Of a stretch of DNA of 64,000 bases, positions 52,191-59,709 are shown piece after piece. This DNA comes from a virus. A model generated the notes under the pieces. That model was not told the DNA's origin. It made no database searches and saw only the letters and a list, made by a program, of their open reading frames with translations. Each line of letters starts with the position of its first letter. Position 1 is the stretch's first letter. Made by a program: the position numbers and the translations under genes. The stretch lies in IMG/VR virus record IMGVR_UViG_3300007609_001079, positions 37,662-101,661 of that record; one strand, written 5' to 3'.

Positions 52191-52672
52191 TATAATAATC
52201 TATCTAAGATACTATCCCAATTTGGGTATTCTGATTCGATACCGTTTTCCCAATTCACACCGAATTGTAAAAGTTCTCCACTAAACTCACCGGCCCCATT
52301 CTTGGTTCTATCATCAATTAGATAATCACCAAGTAATAAATCTTTTCTGTGGGTTATGAACATTCGTTTGTGAAATAGATTTCCAAAGTGGTCTTCAATC
52401 CACAATCTTTTATCCATCGCAGAACCAGCATTACCCCAAGGAGCAGAAGTGGCAATGAATAATTCATACTTACCACTTTCGTGTAGTTTCTTTACTGCCT
52501 CGATTGCACCCTCCATTGGTGGTGGGTTTCTAAACAAACCTTGGATATGGTCTGGCATATCTTTCCATCGTTCTTCTAAATGTGGGTGTTTCTCAAACCA
52601 ATCTTTAATTGCTGCTCCGAAGTCAACCAATACACCATCCATATCGATGTAAACTATTTTCTTCTCACTCAT
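52190..52672 (-). CDS. 5'(3')-deoxyribonucleotidase (HAD, NT5C-like)
   Basis: YIDMDGVLVDF, KDLLLGDYLIDDR. Confidence 0.88.
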   Translation of the reverse strand: MSEKKIVYIDMDGVLVDFGAAIKDWFEKHPHLEERWKDMPDHIQGLFRNPPPMEGAIEAVKKLHESGKYELFIATSAPWGNAGSAMDKRLWIEDHFGNLFHKRMFITHRKDLLLGDYLIDDRTKNGAGEFSGELLQFGVNWENGIESEYPNWDSILDRLL

Positions 52673-52735
52673 AATATATTATCTCTTTTTTACTTCGTAA
52701 AGATACGAAATTTATTTGGATATACCAAATATTTT

Positions 52736-53989
52736 TTAATTTTTTTTAATAAATTTATCATTTTCAAACCACCATATATCTGTAACTTGTTCGACTTCAG
52801 AATCTCTAAAATTTGATGTATGTAACTCAACGATACCATCTCCATTAAAATCACCCAGATATAACCATTGTATCCATTGCATGTTATGATTTTCATAATC
52901 AAAATTTTCTTCCATATACAAATCAGTAACATCCGTAAACGATGTATTATCATTTCTAAAAATTTCTATTCTCCCATTAAAATATGTATTATTTGTGCTA
53001 CCAATTATATCCAAATCACCATCACCATCAATATCAAAAAATACCATATCAATTAATAAATCTCCTTGGGTTTTTATAAATGTTTTTTCTTTGGTTGTTA
53101 GGTTGTAAACAAAAGAACCTGTACCATCGAGATTATCACTTGGGTGTTTAATCTGATGACCACCCAATATTAATTCAATAGTACCATCATTGTTTAAATC
53201 AATAGATTCTGAAGTGAATTTATTATATGCGTCTAATATATCTATATCAAATTCAGTTATTACTAATCCATTGTTCCAACGTCCACCCGTATCTCCCTCA
53301 AATTCTATTATCCTTGAAATATTTCCCCAAGGTCCTTTGGGATTAATTAAAATAACTTCAGGCTTTCCATCATTATCAATATCAGATGATGTAACTGAGT
53401 GCCAATATCCATCAGCTACTCCATAATTGTTATCTAATCTAAATTCTTTAAATCCCCCATTAGTATCATTAATTAATATAATAGGATATTCATTTGGAAT
53501 ATAGTTTGGTTGATTTGAATCGGGACCCGTTCCGGCAAAGAATACATCCAAGAAACCATCACCATTATAATCTCCAATAATACTCTTTCTTGCATGGATT
53601 AATCCTATAAATTTATTAGTATTGTTGGAATCTTCAATTAAGTTACCATCACCATCACCCAAGTAGAATTTGATATATCTTCTAACTCGATTACCTTGAA
53701 TTGAATTACCAACATCAGTATTATTATAAATAAAATCCAAATGACCATCGTTATTATAATCAAAAATAGCCATATCCTCTGGATAAAAATCATCCCATAC
53801 AAACTCATTAAACAAATATGGTAATCGGTTGTTTACCGAATTTGAATTAAAATAACTATTATCAATACCCTGATATGAATATTCGGTTATATTATCAATA
53901 ACCAATGGTTCATATATGGTATCAATTATTTCATCTTTACTACAACTAACTAAAGTTAAAACAAACAATAATAAAAATTTAATTTTCAT
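52736..53989 (-). CDS. Lipoprotein with FG-GAP/VCBS repeats
   Basis: LVS-C-SKDE lipobox; repeated DxNxDGxxD motifs (DYNNDGHLD, DYNGDGFLD, DIDNDGKPE, DLNNDGTIE, DIDGDGDLD). Confidence 0.8.
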   Translation of the reverse strand: MKIKFLLLFVLTLVSCSKDEIIDTIYEPLVIDNITEYSYQGIDNSYFNSNSVNNRLPYLFNEFVWDDFYPEDMAIFDYNNDGHLDFIYNNTDVGNSIQGNRVRRYIKFYLGDGDGNLIEDSNNTNKFIGLIHARKSIIGDYNGDGFLDVFFAGTGPDSNQPNYIPNEYPIILINDTNGGFKEFRLDNNYGVADGYWHSVTSSDIDNDGKPEVILINPKGPWGNISRIIEFEGDTGGRWNNGLVITEFDIDILDAYNKFTSESIDLNNDGTIELILGGHQIKHPSDNLDGTGSFVYNLTTKEKTFIKTQGDLLIDMVFFDIDGDGDLDIIGSTNNTYFNGRIEIFRNDNTSFTDVTDLYMEENFDYENHNMQWIQWLYLGDFNGDGIVELHTSNFRDSEVEQVTDIWWFENDKFIKKN

Positions 53990-53990
53990 A

Positions 53991-54203
53991 TTAATTATAA
54001 TTTAAGTTATTTAAGTTATTTTTTTCTTCTAATTGGTAAGAGCGAAATCCCATAATTGGTTTAATACCACTTACTTCAATTTCTCTCTCTTTAATTAACG
54101 TGTTGGTTAATCTTAAAGTTTCCAAATCAGTTTCAGTTCTTACCCAATCATTAAAAAGGTAGGTTAACAATTTAGCTTTTAACTTTTGTATCATATCTCT
54201 CAT
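53991..54203 (-). CDS. Hypothetical protein
   Basis: ORF in operon. Confidence 0.55.
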   Translation of the reverse strand: MRDMIQKLKAKLLTYLFNDWVRTETDLETLRLTNTLIKEREIEVSGIKPIMGFRSYQLEEKNNLNNLNYN

Positions 54204-54207
54204 TTTA

Positions 54208-54417
54208 TTATATATAATCGTATCGTGAAGCCTCTAACTCATATTGTTCATGCTCCATATCAGTATCCCAATCAAAATCATCACTACTATCTACTACAAT
54301 ATCAGTTTCATTAGGAAGTAAATCTAACATATCATCCAACTCAACATCGGTAATCATTCCGTTGGCATATCCAACAACTAACTCGTTTACTCTTTCTTTA
54401 TAATTCATATCTCTCAT
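54208..54417 (-). CDS. Small acidic hypothetical protein
   Basis: Start adjusted to MRDMNY, directly after a promoter; very D/E-rich. Confidence 0.6.
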   Translation of the reverse strand: MRDMNYKERVNELVVGYANGMITDVELDDMLDLLPNETDIVVDSSDDFDWDTDMEHEQYELEASRYDYI

Positions 54418-54457
54418 TTTTATTACATAGTAAATGTACAACAATTATTCAGGTTTA

Positions 54458-54487
54458 CCAAATCCTAAATGTTAAAATTTTGTTAAA
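54458..54487. repeat. Direct repeat copy 1 flanking the ArgRS cassette (upstream part of a promoter)
   Basis: ccaaatcctaaatgttaaaattttgttaaa, 29/30 identical to 55801..55830. Confidence 0.85.
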
Positions 54488-55661
54488 GTTTATTAACAGA
54501 AAACATTCCCAAATTATTCATACCGAATTCAAGGTCTGATAATAAGTTTGAAAATAATTCTGTGTTTTCTTGGTTTCCTTTAATATACAATTCCTCTTTT
54601 AGTTTCATAATTTGTTTAGCGTGATTATGAAGTTCTCCAAATAAAATACTTGGGTCTAAATTCTCAATTGATTTTATATGTGCAGATTGTAATTTCTGTG
54701 ATTGGTAATTTATAATATCAGTTATACCAACATCACAACTCTTTATACTTACCAACGTATAACTTAGATATAACCCAAGTGATTGTTTTACATTTGATAT
54801 TAAATCTAAGTTGATTGATTTTATTTGATTGGGTTTTGATTTTAGAATTTGACCTGCGATAATATTGTAAACTAACTTTATATCGTTATTAAATTTCGGT
54901 AAAAGTTGATTGATAAAATCTTCCAAGAATAAAACATTACCTTTGGATGAGGACATCTTCTCACCATCTAACATTACCAATCCTAATCCCAAATGATTGG
55001 TGTTTGGAAATAATTGGTTAAGAGAATTGAAATGATTATCTTGTTCAAACCCAGTCAAGTAAAGTGTTGATTTGTTTAATTTTTGTGCCAAGGCAACATC
55101 TTGATAGAAATAAGAAGTTGAATTATCTGATTTTATTCCTACTATCTTTTCATTACCTATCTCAAATATTTTAGTATCAGAGTAATCACCATTACCACTT
55201 GTAAGTAATGAATCATCATCGAGTTCCATTTCAGATGCGAAATAAATATCTGATATTTCATAACCAAAGTTTTTACAATACTCTTTATACTTTTGTAATG
55301 CAAGTTCCTTACTAACTTCACCACTCAAAGTATCACCAAGAATGGAAATAAAGTTTTTGCCAACTCCCAACTTTTGGAATGAGTTTGCCAATACTAAATT
55401 GGAAAAATGTCCAATATGAAGTTCTTTATTCAAGTTAGGAGAAAACCCATCTACATACTCATATGGAGTTGGTGTTTCAAAACACTCAAATAAATTTTGA
55501 TTGGTTGGTATTATAATATTTGTAAACGGACCAGATTGTTGAGTTTTAAAGTTCCAATAAGTTACCCAGTCTTTTACTTCGTTTGTTAATTCACCATACT
55601 GACAGAATCCGAATTCTAAATGTGATGGTGTTTGTTTTATTTTGTTTATATTAAGTTTCAT
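54483..55661 (-). CDS. argS: Compact arginyl-tRNA synthetase-like protein
   Basis: SPNLNKELHIGH (ArgRS-type SPNxxKxLHIGH), IKSDNSTSYFYQD (cf. KSDGxxxYxxxD), EQDNHF, KMSSSKG, LYLSY, anticodon-domain-like C-terminus. Confidence 0.75.
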   Translation of the reverse strand: MKLNINKIKQTPSHLEFGFCQYGELTNEVKDWVTYWNFKTQQSGPFTNIIIPTNQNLFECFETPTPYEYVDGFSPNLNKELHIGHFSNLVLANSFQKLGVGKNFISILGDTLSGEVSKELALQKYKEYCKNFGYEISDIYFASEMELDDDSLLTSGNGDYSDTKIFEIGNEKIVGIKSDNSTSYFYQDVALAQKLNKSTLYLTGFEQDNHFNSLNQLFPNTNHLGLGLVMLDGEKMSSSKGNVLFLEDFINQLLPKFNNDIKLVYNIIAGQILKSKPNQIKSINLDLISNVKQSLGLYLSYTLVSIKSCDVGITDIINYQSQKLQSAHIKSIENLDPSILFGELHNHAKQIMKLKEELYIKGNQENTELFSNLLSDLEFGMNNLGMFSVNKL

Positions 55662-55709
55662 AATAATAAGTTTTGTAAATTAAATAATAATAGTGTAGTC
55701 AATGTAATA

Positions 55710-55754
55710 TTATCTAATCCGCCTTATCTTATTATATGTCTTAATTGTTTTCAT
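55710..55754 (-). CDS. Putative Arg-rich leader peptide MKTIKTYNKIRRIR
   Basis: ATG...ATA AGG CGG ATT AGA TAA, lying between the promoter and the argS start. Confidence 0.6.
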   Translation of the reverse strand: MKTIKTYNKIRRIR

Positions 55755-55771
55755 CTTTCTTAATCTTACTC

Positions 55772-55830
55772 TGTAAATATACGAAATAAGTTTTGGTTTT
55801 CCAAATCCTAAATGTTAAAGTTTTGTTAAA
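55772..55830 (-). promoter_or_regulatory. Sigma-A-type promoter with TTAACA direct repeats; includes repeat copy 2 (55801..55830)
   Basis: Minus strand TTTAACAAAACTTTAACATTTAGGATTTGGAAAACCAAAACTTATTTCGTATATTTAC. Confidence 0.7.
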
Positions 55831-55836
55831 ATTAAA

Positions 55837-55871
55837 ATTCCCCCATCACTTATTTAAAAATGTGGGGGAAC
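55837..55871 (-). terminator. Probable terminator hairpin
   Basis: TTCCCCCA ... TGGGGGAA inverted repeat followed by TTTT on the minus strand. Confidence 0.65.
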
Positions 55872-55914
55872 TTTCACCTCTAAGGTAGCTGCCATAAAGG
55901 AACTCTTAATTAGA

Positions 55915-56634
55915 TTATAATAATGTTTTAACTTCCATTGGCATATTTTTCATTTTAAGATATCCACAATAATGAGTATAATATGTATTACCTGTTTCAA
56001 AACTAACTCCATTGCTAAAGTATTTAACGGAATAATCTTTAGATAATAAAGTTAATAAATATTGAGTATGTGCTGCAGTAGTAAACGTTGGATTTAAATT
56101 ATGAGAGTGTTTGTTTAATACATTATATAAGTATTTCCAATCATCAATATATCGGTTTTTTAATTCTAAATTTGGAATTCGTAATATTCCTACGTTATAT
56201 ACACCTCGTTTAGAATTTAACCAATATGATAAATTAATATCTATATTATTTTTTATATACTCAATGGTTTTAGAATATGCCCAATCCCAATTTAAAGTTT
56301 CAATTCCATCAAAAAATAAATCACTACTATCAAACTCAATTCGGTTTTTATAAATCACATCATTATCTGATAGGAAATAATCATCATTGGGTTCATTTTC
56401 TAAAACATATAATTTAAAACTATCCCATGAGTTATCATAATCATCATCTATATATCGTACATCAATATCAAACTTATTTCCGAATTCAATATCATTAGTA
56501 TATAGTGTCGGAATATATCCCAATCCATCTATACTTTTTAAAGAACCCATTAACCATTTTTCTTGATTAGTGGGTTCTTTATATATTTCGAACTTAGGTT
56601 TTTTGTAAGTATATATTATACGATTTACATCCAT
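55915..56634 (-). CDS. GT-A-like (DxD) accessory protein
   Basis: FKLY...YFLSDNDVI, YNVGIL, YTHYCG, typical of nucleotide-diphospho-sugar transferase folds. Confidence 0.5.
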   Translation of the reverse strand: MDVNRIIYTYKKPKFEIYKEPTNQEKWLMGSLKSIDGLGYIPTLYTNDIEFGNKFDIDVRYIDDDYDNSWDSFKLYVLENEPNDDYFLSDNDVIYKNRIEFDSSDLFFDGIETLNWDWAYSKTIEYIKNNIDINLSYWLNSKRGVYNVGILRIPNLELKNRYIDDWKYLYNVLNKHSHNLNPTFTTAAHTQYLLTLLSKDYSVKYFSNGVSFETGNTYYTHYCGYLKMKNMPMEVKTLL

Positions 56635-57296
56635 TACTGATATGCATAAAGTAATTTTAGTAACTCATCTAACGCCTCATGTCTGTGGTTATCTTTTAAG
56701 TTAATTGAGTAGACAAACTTAGATGGAGTTACCTTTGGTACATCGTGTACTGCAGAATCATTTGAAAACTTTAAATCAATTTGTTGTGGGTCTCCTGTTA
56801 GAATCATAGTTGAGCCTTTACCCAATCTACCTAACACCATTCCAAGTTGCGGTTTAGTTAGATTTTGAAACTCATCCACAATAACTACTGCATTATCAAA
56901 GGTTCTTCCTCTAAAGTGAGCGAGGGATACTAACTCAATGTTTTCTTCTTTTTCCATTTTCTCTAAGATAATTGGTTTGTTATAAACCTTCCTCATGTTA
57001 GAACGAATTGGAACTAACCATGGTTCCATTTTCTCATCCAATGAACCAGGTAGATATCCATTATCCTCATTAGATACAGTTGGCCTTGTTATAATTATTT
57101 TGTTAACCTGTCGTGTAAAGTACATATCCAATGCCACTTGAACTGCGAGAAGGGTTTTACCACTACCGGCCTTTCCCATTATAAAATTGTAGGGATGATA
57201 TAAAATGTTTGTCTTTGCCTCCTTCTGTTCTTCTGATAACGTAATGTTGAATTTAATTTTCCCACGCGGTGGATTTTTTTCAATGTTTTCTGGCAT
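56634..57296 (-). CDS. phoH: PhoH-like ATPase
   Basis: GKAGSGKT, ITRP, GYLPG, RGRTF, DEFQN, GDPQQID. Confidence 0.93.
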   Translation of the reverse strand: MPENIEKNPPRGKIKFNITLSEEQKEAKTNILYHPYNFIMGKAGSGKTLLAVQVALDMYFTRQVNKIIITRPTVSNEDNGYLPGSLDEKMEPWLVPIRSNMRKVYNKPIILEKMEKEENIELVSLAHFRGRTFDNAVVIVDEFQNLTKPQLGMVLGRLGKGSTMILTGDPQQIDLKFSNDSAVHDVPKVTPSKFVYSINLKDNHRHEALDELLKLLYAYQ

Positions 57297-57321
57297 AATT
57301 AATATAGTTAAGTTAATAAAT

Positions 57322-57813
57322 TTATAGAATGGATTTTGTATTGGTAGTATCCATTCTATACCAAATTACTAAAACATTTCGGTTACCCGAAATGAGTTCC
57401 GTAACTTCATGATAAGTCTTTCCTCCATTATAAAGTAAATACTCACCCTCTTCTTTAAATTCTATTTTCTTTTTATTAAATAAAAAATCACCTCCTTCTG
57501 AATTATTTTCTAACATAATAACACATGTTAAATCAGAATCATCAACATGCTCTCTAACCTTAGAACCTTTAGTATATTCTATTTTATGAATGGATGTTAA
57601 ATACGTAGAATCCCAATTGGTTATTTCAGATATAAAATTATTTAATGGAGTGTGGTTTAATGTATATTTTATAGTATCCATATTATATGCACGGTTACTG
57701 TAATATATTCCAGGAGCTCTAAGTTTAAGTAGTTTTAATTCTGAATTACCCATTAGAGGTGTTGAACCTAATATGGATTTTAATTCTAATAATTTTTCTT
57801 TAGTTATTTTCAT
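57322..57813 (-). CDS. 2OG-Fe(II) oxygenase
   Basis: EHVDDS (HxD), EGGDF, YHEV...GNRNVLVIW. Confidence 0.8.
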   Translation of the reverse strand: MKITKEKLLELKSILGSTPLMGNSELKLLKLRAPGIYYSNRAYNMDTIKYTLNHTPLNNFISEITNWDSTYLTSIHKIEYTKGSKVREHVDDSDLTCVIMLENNSEGGDFLFNKKKIEFKEEGEYLLYNGGKTYHEVTELISGNRNVLVIWYRMDTTNTKSIL

Positions 57814-58333
57814 TTAAAAAATTATATTGAGTGAATCCACATTTATAGCAAAGTTGAGCTGATGCCCTATTCCAACTATCAGAATATAAATAAATTGTAT
57901 GATACTTTAAATCAGTTAACCACGTATAAAATGAATAATTATAAAATTTAAATCCAGCAATTGGTGGAGTCTTTGATTTTCTTGATAAAAATGCACCACC
58001 CACGTAAAGTTCATTTGGATTTAGTTGTTGATAGAGATTTATCCAATCAATAGTTATATTAGAATTAAACCAAGTCCATCCTACAACCACATCATCATAT
58101 AACCATAAAAAACATTCTGATTTATTTTGAAATCTTTTTATAATCTCATCTTTATTAGGGATACCATCCCATTCAAGGTCTATATGAAGTAGTTCCACAA
58201 CATATAATAATTCACTTAAATATTCATCATAGTTAGCTTCCGTTAGATGAATCAATTTATATGAATCATTTATACTTATTTTTTTAAATTCAGATTTTAA
58301 TAATCTAAATTGTACTATGTTATTTATATCCAT
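57800..58333 (-). CDS. GNAT-family acetyltransferase-like protein
   Basis: VVGWTW, LYSDSWNRASAQLCYKCGF (motif B NxxA..LYxKxGF-like). Confidence 0.65.
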   Translation of the reverse strand: MDINNIVQFRLLKSEFKKISINDSYKLIHLTEANYDEYLSELLYVVELLHIDLEWDGIPNKDEIIKRFQNKSECFLWLYDDVVVGWTWFNSNITIDWINLYQQLNPNELYVGGAFLSRKSKTPPIAGFKFYNYSFYTWLTDLKYHTIYLYSDSWNRASAQLCYKCGFTQYNFLNENN

Positions 58334-58357
58334 AAAACATGTTTATAGGTATAAATA

Positions 58358-58741
58358 TTATATTATGGTTTTTTGAATATTAGAAGTATCTTTATTAGAT
58401 TTTAACTGAGAGGTTTTATTTATTAAATCATTCTTTATTTCAACAATACCCGAACATCGTTCATAGTATTCTCTTTTTTCAAACCACTTTAATGATAACT
58501 CCAACACATCCATATAATCTTTTTTTTCTATTAAGATTGCTGCTGGTGCGTTCTCGTGGATAACCATCACCAATGATTCTCTGTTCTTTCTATTTGCTCG
58601 TTGGATGTTTTGAGATATTTGCCATAAGACATCATCACCACGGGATTCTAAGAATCTTTTTACTTGTGGATTACCATTATTGATATCCAAATATTTTTTC
58701 CAATTAACTGTACTTAAAGCTTTTCCCATTCTGTACTCCAA
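58358..58741 (-). CDS. Hypothetical protein with a UVR-like coiled-coil motif
   Basis: FEKREYYERCSGIVEIKNDL resembles the UvrB/C ExYExAAxxRD motif. Confidence 0.5.
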   Translation of the reverse strand: MEYRMGKALSTVNWKKYLDINNGNPQVKRFLESRGDDVLWQISQNIQRANRKNRESLVMVIHENAPAAILIEKKDYMDVLELSLKWFEKREYYERCSGIVEIKNDLINKTSQLKSNKDTSNIQKTII

Positions 58742-58748
58742 TTGTTTT

Positions 58749-59510
58749 TTAAAAATTAGTACCTATATTATAGTAATCTACAAAATCAATTCCCCTACCT
58801 CGTGTGAAAGGATTTGATATATCGTAACGTATGGGAATCTTAACTTCCGTTTTAACCGAACCACCCTCTGGTGTATTTGTTGTTAATTGAGTTGTAAGAA
58901 CTTTACCAATTGAATCATCTTGTACCAATTGGGTAGCTGTGGTTTCATTTTCTGCAACATATTCTATACCACTTTGTACTGCATCTGAATACTCTAACCC
59001 TACACCCATATCCGATTCTACATCATAGGTACTTGTATTCAAATTCCAAGTACCATACTCACCAATATTACGTAAAGTTTGAGTTTCACTTACCAACCAA
59101 TCAATGTGTTTAATTATATCTTCGGTTGTTTTTAAATTTTTGGTAATATTAACTTCCGCATACTTTTCACGAGTAGTAAATTTTTCCGCGTTTAATAACT
59201 CATCCTTTGAAAACTGAATACGTGTTACATTTGATTTTTGAATATATGGGTTACCCGATTTTAAACTATTTTCTAAAAAGGATTTGAATTGGGGTGAGGT
59301 ATATTCTTGACCATCCAATTCTAAGATAAAATTAAATGAAGTACCACTAACCACAGAAACCCCACGTAAATCTTCTATTGTGAAGTTTAGGGAGTTTTCA
59401 TTATAACGACCCTGGTAATCAATTGAGTTACCATTACTTTGATAACTTAACTCAACATTACGTTCGTCTGGATACTGATTTCTTAGTTGATTAATCCTTT
59501 TATAATCCAT
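58749..59510 (-). CDS. Hypothetical protein
   Basis: Late motif immediately upstream of the ATG. Confidence 0.6.
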   Translation of the reverse strand: MDYKRINQLRNQYPDERNVELSYQSNGNSIDYQGRYNENSLNFTIEDLRGVSVVSGTSFNFILELDGQEYTSPQFKSFLENSLKSGNPYIQKSNVTRIQFSKDELLNAEKFTTREKYAEVNITKNLKTTEDIIKHIDWLVSETQTLRNIGEYGTWNLNTSTYDVESDMGVGLEYSDAVQSGIEYVAENETTATQLVQDDSIGKVLTTQLTTNTPEGGSVKTEVKIPIRYDISNPFTRGRGIDFVDYYNIGTNF

Positions 59511-59535
59511 ATCTATAAATATAGATTGAAACGAA

Positions 59536-59694
59536 TTATGGTTTTAATTTGGAGTACGCAAGTTCGATAGAACTATGTAAATCCAACTTAGGATTTATTT
59601 CTCGTAATTCCTTTGCGAAGTTAATAACCTCATCGGTGATTCCGAGAGAATGTGCGTGGTGTAGTATTTCTTCTACCAATTCTGAATTTGTCAT
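59536..59694 (-). CDS. Small hypothetical protein (52 aa), absent from the ORF track
   Basis: MTNSELVEEILHHAHSLGITDEVINFAKELRE...; fills the gap. Confidence 0.6.
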   Translation of the reverse strand: MTNSELVEEILHHAHSLGITDEVINFAKELREINPKLDLHSSIELAYSKLKP

Positions 59695-59709
59695 AACTTA
59701 TTATAAGTA

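Noticed and set aside
52690-52953. 87-aa minus-strand ORF
   Set aside because: Alternate frame overlapping the FG-GAP lipoprotein and a promoter.
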